Shown: positions 22,040 to 32,746 of the stretch, piece after piece | How positions within the stretch are numbered: the first letter of the stretch is position 1 | Layout of the letters: each line of letters opens with the position of its first letter | Sequence record: SRR20825010_2279 | Strand: one strand, 5' to 3' | DNA: 64,000 nucleotides | The notes under the pieces: generated by a model | Told to the model about the DNA's origin: nothing | What the model saw: the letters and a program-made list of their open reading frames with translations, nothing else | The model's database searches: none | Made by a program: the position numbers and the translations under genes

Positions 22040-22153
22040 TATTTTACCATAAAAGAAGGAATTAGATTTGATGTTAATAAGGATTTATGCGAAATGCCTT
22101 TTAGGGAATTCCATAAACTGTCACAGAATAGTTTAAAGATTATAAAAAGGAAT

Positions 22154-22606
22154 ATGACAAATTTGACCACTAGCGAAAGTATTCGCTTACTAAAGGGCAA
22201 CTATACCGGACACTTGGGATATATATATCAGGATAAGCCTTATGTTCTCCCTATTACCTATTATTATGACAAGGATGATCATTCCCTGATAAGTTATTCG
22301 GCAGATGGCCACAAAATAGATGCCATGCGCCAGAATACAGCGGTGACCTTATTGGTCGAGGAAGTAAAATCATCCAACAATTGGCAATCGGTTATGGCCC
22401 ATGGCACCTATGAAGAACTTCAAGGAACCGATGCCAAATTTAAGTTGCATCAATTTACAGAGGGGGTAAAGGGTCTTATCCTTGCCAAAGAGCATCGGGA
22501 AACTGAATTTATAAGTGAATTTTCAAGCAAATTGTACTCCCGCGGAATTCCGACGGTATATCGCATCAAAATATTAGAGATTACTGGAAAAAGGAAAGAA
22601 ACCTAG
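22154..22606 (+). CDS. Pyridoxamine 5'-phosphate oxidase-like (split-barrel flavin-binding) protein
   Basis: GHLG...PYVLPITY, GHKIDAMRQN, WQSVMAHG; start moved from 22034 to 22154 because the promoter lies inside the longer ORF. Confidence 0.85.
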   Translation: MTNLTTSESIRLLKGNYTGHLGYIYQDKPYVLPITYYYDKDDHSLISYSADGHKIDAMRQNTAVTLLVEEVKSSNNWQSVMAHGTYEELQGTDAKFKLHQFTEGVKGLILAKEHRETEFISEFSSKLYSRGIPTVYRIKILEITGKRKET

Positions 22607-22706
22607 CATAATCCCCCCAGGTTAGTTCCCCCTATTTTCCAGCTATTAGCAATTAGCCTTACTGCTCTATAATGCTAATTTAAATAACCCAAATAATGTA
22701 TTGGAG

Positions 22707-25115
22707 ATGGAAAACTATATAAGGCAATTTAATGAAATAGATATAAACGATGTTCCCGAAGTAGGAGGAAAAAATGCCTCTTTGGGCGAAATGTACCAGA
22801 AACTTACCTCAAAAGGAATTCAGGTTCCGGACGGATTTGCCACTACTTCGGACGCCTACTGGCTCTTCCTGAAAGAAGCGCAATTAAAAGAATCCATATT
22901 CGCCGAGATTTCCAAATTGGATAATAAGGATTTTTCCAATTTACGGGAAGTTGGGAGTGCTATAAGAACAAGTATAGCCAAAGCGGATTTTCCGCAAGCT
23001 ATCAAGTCTTCCCTTGAACACGGATATAATACACTGGTAAAAAAATACGGTTCCCAAATTTCCTTGGCGGTCCGCAGCAGTGCCACGGCAGAGGACCTTC
23101 CCAATGCCAGTTTTGCAGGGCAACAGGAAACCTATCTCAATGTAAAGGGTTTTGATGAACTGATAGCTGCCTGTCATAAATGTTATGCCTCCTTATTCAC
23201 CGATAGGGCCATAAAATACCGCGAAGACAATCATTTTGACCAGACCAAGGTAGCGCTATCCATAGGCGTTCAGTTAATGGTACGCTCGGACCTGGCTAGT
23301 TCCGGAGTAAATTTCACCTTGGATCCGGACACTGGTTTTGATAAGGTGGTTCTTGTTACCAGCACTTGGGGCCTAGGTGAAAATATAGTTCAGGGCAGTG
23401 TTAATCCGGACGAATACTTCGTTTATAAACCTAGTCTTAAAAATAGTATTCGCCAACCCATTATTTCAAGAAAATTGGGCAGCAAGGAAAAAACCATGAT
23501 TTACGATACTTCTGGCAGCGGTACCCTTAACCTGGACACCACAATAGAAAAACAGGAAAAATTTGTACTTACCGACGCCGAGGTGAAAAAACTTGCCGAA
23601 TGGTCTATAATTATTGAGGAACATTATGGACGTCCCATGGATATAGAATGGGCAAAGGACGGTTTGACCAATGAATTGTTTATAGTCCAGGCCAGACCGG
23701 AGACGGTGCAAAGTGCAAAAAAGGATAAACTCAAAATCAGTACCTATACCTTGCTGGAAAAAGGCAAGGAAATTACAAGGGGAATGGGTCTGGGCAACAA
23801 AATATCTGCAGGGAAGGCACGTATTATACATAGTCCCCTAGAATCCGATAAGCTACAGCATGGAGAAATACTCATCACGGAAAAGACCGATCCCGATTGG
23901 GATCCCATCCTTAAAAAAGCTGCCGGCATCATTACGGACCAAGGGGGGCGCACAAGTCATGCCGCCATAGTTGCTCGTGAGGTAGGAGCTGCAGCAATTG
24001 TTGGCACCCTTAATGCTACAAAAACAATAAAGGATGGCCAGGATATCACCATTTCATGTGCAGATGGGGATACTGGAGTAGTTTACGATGGAATACTGAA
24101 ATGGGACGAAAAAACAGTGGATATTAAATCACTTAAAAAACCCGCAACCCAACCCATGCTTATTTTGGCAGATCCAGAGCAAGCCTTCAAACTATCATTT
24201 TATCCCACTGCCGGCGTTGGTCTTATGCGATTGGAATTTGTCATCAATAATTCCATCCAAATCCATCCGATGGCCTTAAAGCATTTTGACACCCTAAAGG
24301 ACCCCACTGTAAAGGAAACTATTGAAAAACTCACCCACCACTACCCTGACAAGGCCAATTATTTTGTGCATAAACTGGCAGAGGGCATTGCCACCATTGC
24401 AGCCGCCTTTTATCCCAAAGATGTTATTGTGCGTACAAGCGATTTTAAATCCAATGAATATGCCAATTTAATAGGCGGTAAGGAATTTGAACCATTGGAG
24501 TCCAACCCTATGATCGGTTTTAGAGGAGCATCACGCTACTATCATCCCAAATATCAGGAGGCCTTTGAATTGGAGTGCAAGGCCATGAAAATGGTCAGGG
24601 AGGACATGGGTTTTAATAATGTTAAGATAATGATTCCCTTCTGTCGTACCCTTACCGAAGCTGAAAGAGTGGTTGACCTTATGGCAGATTACGGATTGAA
24701 AAGGGGTGCGAATGGCCTACAGCTCTATATGATGACCGAAATTCCCAACAACGTAATGCTGGCCGAAGAGTTCGCACATTTTTTTGATGGCTTCTCTATC
24801 GGCTCTAACGACCTTACCCAATTGACCTTGGGCGTGGATCGCGATTCAGAGCTCTTAAGCGACATTTTTAACGCCAATGATCCTGGACTAAAAAAAATGA
24901 TCGCCATGGTCATTGATTCCGCCCACAAAACGAATACAAAAATTGGACTCTGCGGACAGGCTCCAAGTGATTATCCCGAGTTTGCACAGTTTCTTGTAGA
25001 AAAAGGAATCAATTCCATCTCCTTTAATCCGGATGCGCTCATTGAAGGAATCAAGAATATAAATATGGCAGAAAATCATAAGGTAAGTTTTGGAATGGCG
25101 GAAAGTAGTAATTGA
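22707..25115 (+). CDS. ppsA: Phosphoenolpyruvate synthase (pyruvate, water dikinase)
   Basis: VGGKNASLGEM, AVRSSATAEDLP, GGRTSHAAI phospho-His motif, FSIGSNDLTQ. Confidence 0.95.
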   Translation: MENYIRQFNEIDINDVPEVGGKNASLGEMYQKLTSKGIQVPDGFATTSDAYWLFLKEAQLKESIFAEISKLDNKDFSNLREVGSAIRTSIAKADFPQAIKSSLEHGYNTLVKKYGSQISLAVRSSATAEDLPNASFAGQQETYLNVKGFDELIAACHKCYASLFTDRAIKYREDNHFDQTKVALSIGVQLMVRSDLASSGVNFTLDPDTGFDKVVLVTSTWGLGENIVQGSVNPDEYFVYKPSLKNSIRQPIISRKLGSKEKTMIYDTSGSGTLNLDTTIEKQEKFVLTDAEVKKLAEWSIIIEEHYGRPMDIEWAKDGLTNELFIVQARPETVQSAKKDKLKISTYTLLEKGKEITRGMGLGNKISAGKARIIHSPLESDKLQHGEILITEKTDPDWDPILKKAAGIITDQGGRTSHAAIVAREVGAAAIVGTLNATKTIKDGQDITISCADGDTGVVYDGILKWDEKTVDIKSLKKPATQPMLILADPEQAFKLSFYPTAGVGLMRLEFVINNSIQIHPMALKHFDTLKDPTVKETIEKLTHHYPDKANYFVHKLAEGIATIAAAFYPKDVIVRTSDFKSNEYANLIGGKEFEPLESNPMIGFRGASRYYHPKYQEAFELECKAMKMVREDMGFNNVKIMIPFCRTLTEAERVVDLMADYGLKRGANGLQLYMMTEIPNNVMLAEEFAHFFDGFSIGSNDLTQLTLGVDRDSELLSDIFNANDPGLKKMIAMVIDSAHKTNTKIGLCGQAPSDYPEFAQFLVEKGINSISFNPDALIEGIKNINMAENHKVSFGMAESSN

Positions 25116-25236
25116 CATCCAAAAGGTAATTGGGCCCAATATATTTACTATTCATTGCCTTTGTCTGTGGAAACAAAAGATTCGCCAATTTTTGTTTCAC
25201 TATAAATACAATAAGGGAACTACCCTGTTGGATTGA

Positions 25237-25248
25237 TGATTTATATCA
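25237..25248. promoter_or_regulatory. Palindrome TGAT-TTAT-ATCA upstream of pfkB-glk
   Basis: ATGAT/ATCAT arms; TTCCTTTG at 25272, 23-bp spacer. Confidence 0.7.
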
Positions 25249-25430
25249 TTTTTCATCACCTTCGTAAATACTTCCTTTGTTATTACAATTGGGATACCCT
25301 AATGATTACCATAAACCAATCTATAATAGTAGGTATTCCCCAATGAAATTGGAAACCTAAGCTTAGAACGTCTAATTTTTGCCCAAATCTAATTCTGTTG
25401 GGCTCTGAACAATCATAAATTATAAATAAG

Positions 25431-26378
25431 ATGCAAAAGAGAGTAGTTACACTTACCTTAAATCCCGTAATAGACAAGAGCGTGTCCGTACCGGGTATCA
25501 GCCCCAATACCAAACTGCGCTGTACATCACCAACTTATGACGCAGGAGGCGGGGGCATCAATGTATCACGTGCCCTCAAAAAATTGGGAGAGGAATCGCT
25601 CTGCATATATCTCGCAGGAGGGCCCACAGGAGAACATTTAAGGCAAATATTGGACAAGGCGGGTATCGATCAAATAGCAGTGCCCATTAAGGGGTGGACG
25701 AGGGATAATCTTGCGGTTACAGATACTATTACCAATTTACAATACCGCTTTGGGGTCCCTGGACCTCTGGTTGAAAAGGAAGAATGGGAAACGCTACTGA
25801 CAAAATTGGAAGAGAATTTGCAAGAAGGAGATTACTTGGTGGCCAGTGGTAAATTACCTCCGGGAATGCCCGATGATTTCTATGTTCTGGTAGCGGAAAT
25901 AGCCAAAAGAAAAAAGACCCGCTTTGTTTTGGACACATCAGGGGAGGCTCTGGTCAAGGCTACAAAATCCAGCATATTTATGCTAAAACCCAACTTGGGG
26001 GAATTAAGCACCTTATGTGGTGTTACATCAATTTCAGCCATGGAATTGGAACCCCTTGCCAAAAAGTTTTTAGAGGAACATGATTGTGGGATACTTGTGG
26101 TATCCTTGGGGGCGAAAGGGGCCCTATTGGCTACAAAGGACCTCATAGAACATATTCCTGCGCCTACAGTGCTGCAAAAAAGCACCATTGGGGCGGGCGA
26201 TAGTATGGTGGCCGGTATGGTAGTTAGTTTGCTTAAAGGCAAAACCTATAGCGAAATGGTAAAATACGGAGTAGCCTGTGGTACTGCTGCTACCATGCAT
26301 GAGGGTACCCAATTGTGCAACAAGGAGGACGCCGATAATTTGTACAAATGGATACTAGGACAAAAAACAAAGCTGTAA
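25431..26378 (+). CDS. pfkB: PfkB / 1-phosphofructokinase-family hexose kinase
   Basis: TLTLNPVID, AGGGGINVSR, KPNLGEL, STIGAGDSMVAG. Confidence 0.88.
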   Translation: MQKRVVTLTLNPVIDKSVSVPGISPNTKLRCTSPTYDAGGGGINVSRALKKLGEESLCIYLAGGPTGEHLRQILDKAGIDQIAVPIKGWTRDNLAVTDTITNLQYRFGVPGPLVEKEEWETLLTKLEENLQEGDYLVASGKLPPGMPDDFYVLVAEIAKRKKTRFVLDTSGEALVKATKSSIFMLKPNLGELSTLCGVTSISAMELEPLAKKFLEEHDCGILVVSLGAKGALLATKDLIEHIPAPTVLQKSTIGAGDSMVAGMVVSLLKGKTYSEMVKYGVACGTAATMHEGTQLCNKEDADNLYKWILGQKTKL

Positions 26379-26574
26379 ATCCTAATTTGAGAAGTAACAA
26401 TTGGATGTCGAATACCTTTTGAGAGAAAATGCACCTAACCCAGTACTTCTTCGGATGATATACCGTTATTTGGGCTTTTGCCAAAAAGCCATTGAAGGAA
26501 GACATTGGATTACTTAATTTGTTTGAGAAAACTAGACTGGAAAAAATATAACCCTTATATAAAAGATTGACTTT

Positions 26575-27651
26575 ATGGATAATATTCAGAAATTTTCCTT
26601 GCCTGCCATCCATGAAGGGGAGATTCCCTTAGCTTTTATGACTGCCAGCATATCCCGGGACAAGGGAGTTATTTTGGCCGCGGATGTTGGAGGTACTAAA
26701 ACAAATTTGGCCCTTTTTCAGATCCAGACAGGAGATCTCGTCCCATTAAAGGAGAAATCATATCCCACTAAAAAATATAAGTCCTTTCTGGAGATGGTGT
26801 CTAGCTTCCATACAGATGATATGCCAAGGATAAACGGAATATGTCTTGGTGTTGCCGGACCCGTTACCCAGGGCAAGGTATATGGCACGAATTTTCCTTG
26901 GGCAATTGACAGTGAAGAAATTCGTAGGGAACTAAATATACCTTCCGTTTCATTGATCAATGATATGGAGGCCAATGCCTATGGACTGGCTGCGCTCCAA
27001 GACAAGGACTTCGAAACGCTAAAGCCTGGATCAAAAATACCGGGCAACGCAGCATTAATATCTCCAGGTACTGGACTTGGGGAAGCAGGAATGTTCTGGG
27101 ACGGATCGTACTACCACCCTTTCGCCTGTGAAGGTGGCCATTGCGATTTTAGTCCTCGAAATGAATTGGACATAAGAATACTGCAACACTTCCAAAAAAA
27201 ATATGGACATGTTAGTTGGGAAAGGTTGCTATCAGGTCCCGGAATCTTGGAACTATATTTGTTCTTGAGGCAAATAAGTAGCATAAGGGAGCCGCATTGG
27301 CTGAGTGATGATATGTCCAAGGGTAATCCCCCTGCGATAATTACGCGGACGGCAATGGAAGGAAAAGATTCCGTTTGTGTAGAAACCTTGGATATTTTTA
27401 TTCGATTTTTGGCCATAGAAGCGGCTCAGCTTGCCCTAAAATTCAAGGCTACCGGTGGTATTTATATGGGCGGGGGCATCTTACCAAAAATCTTAACCGG
27501 TATTGACAGGGAAGTTTTTTATAACAACTTTGTACAATCAGGGCGACTCAACGCTCTTTTGGAAATGGTACCGGTAAAGGTAATCCTTAACGAAAAAACG
27601 GCACTCCTTGGAGCCGCTTATTATGGTGTTATGGCACTGCAAGGGGATTAA
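26575..27651 (+). CDS. glk: Glucokinase
   Basis: ADVGGTKT, INDMEA, PGTGLG, EGGHCDF, ERLLSGPG. Confidence 0.9.
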   Translation: MDNIQKFSLPAIHEGEIPLAFMTASISRDKGVILAADVGGTKTNLALFQIQTGDLVPLKEKSYPTKKYKSFLEMVSSFHTDDMPRINGICLGVAGPVTQGKVYGTNFPWAIDSEEIRRELNIPSVSLINDMEANAYGLAALQDKDFETLKPGSKIPGNAALISPGTGLGEAGMFWDGSYYHPFACEGGHCDFSPRNELDIRILQHFQKKYGHVSWERLLSGPGILELYLFLRQISSIREPHWLSDDMSKGNPPAIITRTAMEGKDSVCVETLDIFIRFLAIEAAQLALKFKATGGIYMGGGILPKILTGIDREVFYNNFVQSGRLNALLEMVPVKVILNEKTALLGAAYYGVMALQGD

Positions 27652-27752
27652 AATGTGATGCTCTGCAGCTATCAAAACACAAGCAATGTACAACTGTAAA
27701 GCATCAATCTAGAATTCCTTGCCTTACTCCCATTAACCAACATGGAAAATCC

Positions 27753-28613
27753 CTAGAAAAATAGGGTTTTATGGTTGTGTTCATTAAAGCTCATCAATAT
27801 TACCTCACCGTAATCCTCCATTTTTTTGACTAGATCCCTATGGAACCATTTTTTTAGAAACCCTTTCTTTTCCCTTTCCAGCATCACTACCATATCCGCA
27901 TTTACTACTCCAAGATAAATTCTCAGGGTGTCAAATACATCTTCAGAAAACAATAGTTCGAACTCGATATCCGGATAATTTACCTTGGATTTCAGCATGT
28001 CCTTGAACCACTCCATTAATAAGTCTCCCGCATATTCCTCCTGGGTAGAAATATGTACTACCTTAATCTTTGCCTTTAAAGGCCTAGCAATTTCTGAAAG
28101 TTTTTGAATGGCGTGTATATCTTCCTCTTCAAAATCTGTGGCATAGACCATGGTATCCAAATTTCTACGCAATACATCATGGGGAATTGCAATTACGGGA
28201 CAAGGTGCCTTCTCTATGAGCTTCTTTGTGGTACTGCCCAAGATCATTTCCTCAAGCCCGCTTGCTCCTTTGGTACCTACCACTATTAGTTGGGCATGAT
28301 AATCTTCTGCCTTTGATATAATTCCTTTGATAACAGAACTGTTCAGTACAGGCTCCAATTGTATTTTGGGATTATCCCACTTGCTTCCAAGGTGTTCCGT
28401 GCAGAATTTCTCCAGCTGGGCACGGTGGATTTTAACCGGATTTCCATCAAGTATCGGCCGCTCATCCAGTCCTTCCACACCCAATACGGTAGGAAAATTA
28501 AATGTGTGGGTAATAACCAGTCGCATACCCAAGGACTGACTTAAATTATAGGCAAACTGCAAAGCAGTGACCGAGTTTTTGGAATAATCCGTGGCATAAA
28601 GCAATGTTTTCAT
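27753..28613 (-). CDS. Universal stress protein (tandem USP domains)
   Basis: LYATDYS; GTKGASGLEEMILGSTT ATP-binding motif; PCPVIAIP. Confidence 0.92.
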   Translation of the reverse strand: MKTLLYATDYSKNSVTALQFAYNLSQSLGMRLVITHTFNFPTVLGVEGLDERPILDGNPVKIHRAQLEKFCTEHLGSKWDNPKIQLEPVLNSSVIKGIISKAEDYHAQLIVVGTKGASGLEEMILGSTTKKLIEKAPCPVIAIPHDVLRRNLDTMVYATDFEEEDIHAIQKLSEIARPLKAKIKVVHISTQEEYAGDLLMEWFKDMLKSKVNYPDIEFELLFSEDVFDTLRIYLGVVNADMVVMLEREKKGFLKKWFHRDLVKKMEDYGEVILMSFNEHNHKTLFF

Positions 28614-28767
28614 CTTGTTATTTCTTGTAATTTATCAGCAAAACTTACAAGCCACCCACTGAACCAATTGGAATAGTTACCGTGATACTTGCCTATTTTA
28701 AGAAGTTAAATGGTTAATGGAATAAAATTGTTTCGTTAAAATTAGAACCTAATATTGTATCCATAAA

Positions 28768-28779
28768 TGACTTCTATCA
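28768..28779. promoter_or_regulatory. Palindrome TGAC-TTCT-ATCA serving divergent usp and pta-ackA
   Basis: Minus TAATTTTA at 28744-28737 and plus GAACTTCG at 28803, both 23 bp away. Confidence 0.75.
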
Positions 28780-28837
28780 TATATGGTAATATTTCTATGC
28801 CCGAACTTCGCAACTCGAAAAAGAATATTAGAAATTC

Positions 28838-30931
28838 ATGAGCAAAGCTATATACCTTGCCACCACAGAGCCCAATAGCGGAAAATCTATAGTTTCCTTG
28901 GGCATGATGCAGTTATTATTGGGAAAAACCGCCAAGGTAGGTTACTTCCGGCCAATTATCGATGACTTTGAAGAGGGCAGGATCGATGACCATATTGATA
29001 CTGTACTAAAGCATTTTGAAGTAGACCAGAAATTCGAGGATTCCTATGCCTATACCCGCAGCCAAGTGGTACAACTTAAAAATATGGACAAGGATGATGA
29101 AATTATAGGTAATATCATCAATAAGTACAAGGCCATTGAGGACAGGTTCGATATTGTACTGGTGGAAGGAACAGATTTTTCTGGAGAGGGCGCCATCATA
29201 GAATGGGACATTAATGTGCTCATCGCCAAAAATTTGGGAATTCCTGCTATTATCATAGCCAACGGTATGGGCAAATCCCTTCAAGAATTGGTCGGAAATA
29301 TATACATGGCCTACGATTCCTTTAGGGAAAAGGGCGTAGAAGTACTGCTTACCGTAGCCAATAAAGTACAGACAAAAAATTTGGAAAAGGTATTGGCCGG
29401 TCTCAAGTCAAAACTGCCCAAAAAAGTATTTACAGCGGCTATCCCCTTGAACCCAATTTTGGGAAATCCTACCGTAAAGGAAATTGCACAGGCCCTTTCG
29501 GCAAAGGTGTTGTTTGGAGAAGATTTTATTAACAATCAGGCCGGCGAATTTAGTGTGGGTGCCATGCAGCTCCGCAATTATCTCAACCATTTGAAAAAGG
29601 ACAGTCTGGTCATTACCCCAGGAGATAGGGCAGATATTATTTTAGGAGCCCTACAGGCCAACATCTCCACAAATTATCCCAATCTCTCTGGTATTGTACT
29701 AACAGGCGGTCTATTGCCGGAGGATTCCATCATTAAACTTATTGAGGGCCTTTCCGATGTTATACCTATACTCTCAGTGGCCGATGGCACTTTTTCGGTA
29801 ACAAACCGCATAGGAACCATTAAGCCCAGGATCTACCCCGAGAATAAGGAAAAAATAACGACCTCCATACAGGAATTTGAAAAATATGTCCCCACAAATG
29901 AACTGGCAGAGCGACTTATTACCTTTAAGGCGGAGGGAATAACCCCAAGAATGTTCCAGTACAATCTTCTTAAACGGGCAAAATCGAACAAGAAGCATAT
30001 TGTCCTCCCGGAAGGAAATGACGAGCGCATTTTAAAGGCTACTAAGAAACTTCTGGACACCAATGCCGTTACCATTACGTTGTTGGGAGATACGGAGAAA
30101 ATAATGGCAAAAATTTCAGAATTGGATATAAGTTTGGATACCAATAGCTTCAATATTATAGACCCCAAATCCTCCCCCAATTTCTTGGATTACGCCACCA
30201 CGCTATACGAACTGCGCAAAGAAAAAAATGTTAATCTTGCCATGGCGAAAGATCTTATGGAGGATGTTTCCTATTTCGGAACCATGATGGTCTATAAAGG
30301 CCATGCCGATGGAATGGTTTCAGGGGCGGTACATACTACCCAGCATACCATTAGGCCGGCACTCCAATTTATAAAGACCAGACCTGAGGTTTCCATTGTT
30401 TCCTCTGTCTTCTTTATGTGCCTCCCCAACCGAGTCACCATATTCGGGGATTGCGCTATCAATCCCAACCCCACGGCCGAACATTTGGCGGAAATTGCGA
30501 TTTCTTCTGCTGCTACCAGCACTGCTTTTGGCATTGAACCCAAGATTGCCATGCTCTCTTACTCATCGGGAGCTTCAGGTGCGGGAGAAGATGTGGATAG
30601 GGTACGCAAGGCTACAGAAGTTATAAAAAAGAAGCGGCCAGATCTAAAAGTGGAGGGGCCCATACAATACGATGCAGCAGTAGACATAAATGTAGGTAAG
30701 AGTAAATTACCGGATTCGGAAGTGGCAGGACAGGCCAGCGTATTCATTTTTCCAGATCTAAATACTGGAAACAATACCTATAAGGCCGTTCAAAGGGAAA
30801 CCGGTGCCCTGGCCATTGGCCCAATGCTACAAGGTCTAAACAAACCTGTTAACGACCTAAGCCGTGGCTGTACAGTGGAGGATATCTATAACACTGTAGT
30901 CATCACCGCCATACAGGCACAAGGCCTATAA
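28838..30931 (+). CDS. pta: Phosphate acetyltransferase (long form with DRTGG domain)
   Basis: TPGDRAD, LTGG, LPEGNDERIL, FPDLNTGNNTYKAVQR, DLSRG. Confidence 0.95.
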   Translation: MSKAIYLATTEPNSGKSIVSLGMMQLLLGKTAKVGYFRPIIDDFEEGRIDDHIDTVLKHFEVDQKFEDSYAYTRSQVVQLKNMDKDDEIIGNIINKYKAIEDRFDIVLVEGTDFSGEGAIIEWDINVLIAKNLGIPAIIIANGMGKSLQELVGNIYMAYDSFREKGVEVLLTVANKVQTKNLEKVLAGLKSKLPKKVFTAAIPLNPILGNPTVKEIAQALSAKVLFGEDFINNQAGEFSVGAMQLRNYLNHLKKDSLVITPGDRADIILGALQANISTNYPNLSGIVLTGGLLPEDSIIKLIEGLSDVIPILSVADGTFSVTNRIGTIKPRIYPENKEKITTSIQEFEKYVPTNELAERLITFKAEGITPRMFQYNLLKRAKSNKKHIVLPEGNDERILKATKKLLDTNAVTITLLGDTEKIMAKISELDISLDTNSFNIIDPKSSPNFLDYATTLYELRKEKNVNLAMAKDLMEDVSYFGTMMVYKGHADGMVSGAVHTTQHTIRPALQFIKTRPEVSIVSSVFFMCLPNRVTIFGDCAINPNPTAEHLAEIAISSAATSTAFGIEPKIAMLSYSSGASGAGEDVDRVRKATEVIKKKRPDLKVEGPIQYDAAVDINVGKSKLPDSEVAGQASVFIFPDLNTGNNTYKAVQRETGALAIGPMLQGLNKPVNDLSRGCTVEDIYNTVVITAIQAQGL

Positions 30932-30955
30932 TTTTAAAACAATAAATCCAAAAAT

Positions 30956-32146
30956 ATGAACATACTGATCATAAACGCAGGAAGTTCTTCCATAAAATAT
31001 CAATTGATTCAAATGCCTTCAGAGCTTATAATTGGGAAGGGGCTGATAGAACGAATAGGTTCAAAAAATGCTACGGTGAAGTATAAAACCAACACTTTGG
31101 ATATTGAGGAGGTGATGTTGATTCCAAACCACAGTGCCGGGTTCCAGAAAATGGCCACTCTACTGATGGATCCAGATAAAGGCGTTATTGCAAACGTCAA
31201 TGACATCGGTATTGTAGCCCATAGGGTAGTACATGGCGGCAATAGCTTTTCCGAAACAACAGCAATTACACAGGAGGTTAAAGATAAAATAAGGGAAATT
31301 TCTATATTGGCTCCCTTACACAATCCTCATAATTTGGAAGGAATTTTATTGGCCGAGGAAGCTTTTCCTACGGCCATACAAATTGCCGTTTTTGATACCG
31401 CTTTTCACCAAACCATGCCAGTCAAGGCCAAAAAATATGCATTGCCCAATGAATTTTATACAGATCACGGTATCCAGGCCTATGGTTTTCACGGCACAAG
31501 TCACAAATATGTGTCCGAGAAGGCAATTTCCTTTTTAAAATTAAAATCCTCCAAGATAATTACCATACATCTGGGCCATGGGTGTAGTATAACTGCCGTA
31601 AGGGATGGAAAAAGCGTTGATCATTCCATGGGGTTCACCCCTGCCAACGGACTTATCATGGGCTCTAGAAGTGGGGACATAGATCATTCCCTTATCTTTT
31701 ATTTGGTAAATAATTTGGGCTATTGTTTGGAGGAAGTCAATGCTTTACTCTCCAAAAAAAGTGGTATGCTAGGACTAACAGGCCATAGGGATTTAAGGGA
31801 CATTGAAGCCAAAGCCAAAACTGGAAATAAAGAATGTATCCTGGCCTTGGAAATGAATGCCTACCGCATAAAAAAATATATAGGTGCCTACGCTGCAGCC
31901 ATGAACGGCTTGGATGCCGTAGTCTTTACCGCCGGCATCGGGGAAAATTCCAGTACTCTCAGAAACCTTGTATGCACGGATATGAATTATCTTGGTATAA
32001 CACTGGACCCTGCCAAAAATGAATCAAAATCTTCCAATATAAGGGAAATTGGCAGTACCAAGGCCAAAGTTAAAATCTTGGTAGTACCAACCAATGAAGA
32101 ACTGGAGATTGCAAAACAGGCCTTCGGTCTATCACACAACCAATAA
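30956..32146 (+). CDS. ackA: Acetate kinase
   Basis: INAGSSSIKY, HRVVHGG, FDTAFHQT, YGFHGTSH, FTAGIGENS, PTNEE. Confidence 0.95.
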   Translation: MNILIINAGSSSIKYQLIQMPSELIIGKGLIERIGSKNATVKYKTNTLDIEEVMLIPNHSAGFQKMATLLMDPDKGVIANVNDIGIVAHRVVHGGNSFSETTAITQEVKDKIREISILAPLHNPHNLEGILLAEEAFPTAIQIAVFDTAFHQTMPVKAKKYALPNEFYTDHGIQAYGFHGTSHKYVSEKAISFLKLKSSKIITIHLGHGCSITAVRDGKSVDHSMGFTPANGLIMGSRSGDIDHSLIFYLVNNLGYCLEEVNALLSKKSGMLGLTGHRDLRDIEAKAKTGNKECILALEMNAYRIKKYIGAYAAAMNGLDAVVFTAGIGENSSTLRNLVCTDMNYLGITLDPAKNESKSSNIREIGSTKAKVKILVVPTNEELEIAKQAFGLSHNQ

Positions 32147-32251
32147 TTATGATATCTTAGATTTTGTGTCAAGCTTGGGGAAAATAAAATTTTCCATGAT
32201 GACAAATGTGCAGTATACCCAAACAAAGTTATCGTTTGTCACAACCTTGGT

Positions 32252-32461
32252 CTACTCCTTTTTTGCCTTGCAAGTTTTTATTCCAAAAGGAAGGTACAAC
32301 GGACAAAAGCCCATAAAACTGGTCAGGAAAAAGACAATGGCCAAAACCACTAGTACAATGCCCAACATCCCGGAAATAGTACCATTATAATAAAGAGCGA
32401 TCAATGCCGCCGCTATCACAAAACGCAAGGTTCTGTCCAAATTACCCATATTTTTCTTCAT
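32252..32461 (-). CDS. DUF2892 / YgaP-like small membrane protein
   Basis: MKKNMGNLDRTLR...GFCPLYLPFGIKTC family signature. Confidence 0.85.
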   Translation of the reverse strand: MKKNMGNLDRTLRFVIAAALIALYYNGTISGMLGIVLVVLAIVFFLTSFMGFCPLYLPFGIKTCKAKKE

Positions 32462-32666
32462 GATTATAAATTTAAGTTATAGAACTTTTTAAAACCTTAC
32501 AACGAACCTGTAATTCCGTTGTTAAGGCATACTTTTTTTTATATAAACATCAGACTGTCAAAAGCATCCTTTGGCGCTTCATTCCCTTAGATCCAGGTAA
32601 CTTTCCGATTTTTTCCAATTTCTAACTTGACAAATCAAAGTAAATGGATATGTATTCCTATTCAAA

Positions 32667-32678
32667 TGATATATGTCA
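32667..32678. promoter_or_regulatory. Palindrome TGAT-ATAT-GTCA serving divergent genes
   Basis: Plus TAATTTTG at 32702 and minus TTACTTTG at 32643-32636, both 23 bp away. Confidence 0.85.
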
Positions 32679-32746
32679 TTTCTGGGACCAATACATTTAA
32701 ATAATTTTGTAGTACGCCAAGTTTATAATACTTAAAGCAAATTATC

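Noticed and set aside
22034-22153. N-terminal extensions in the ORF track (also starts at 38030, 42964, 43067, 54870, 56367)
   Set aside because: They overlap the predicted promoter elements or the upstream gene, or add sequence unlike the family N-terminus; downstream ATGs fit better.
32200-32211. TGAC-AAAT-GTGC, a near match to the regulon box
   Set aside because: The right half-site is broken, and it lies between convergent gene ends (ackA / DUF2892) with no promoter to serve.
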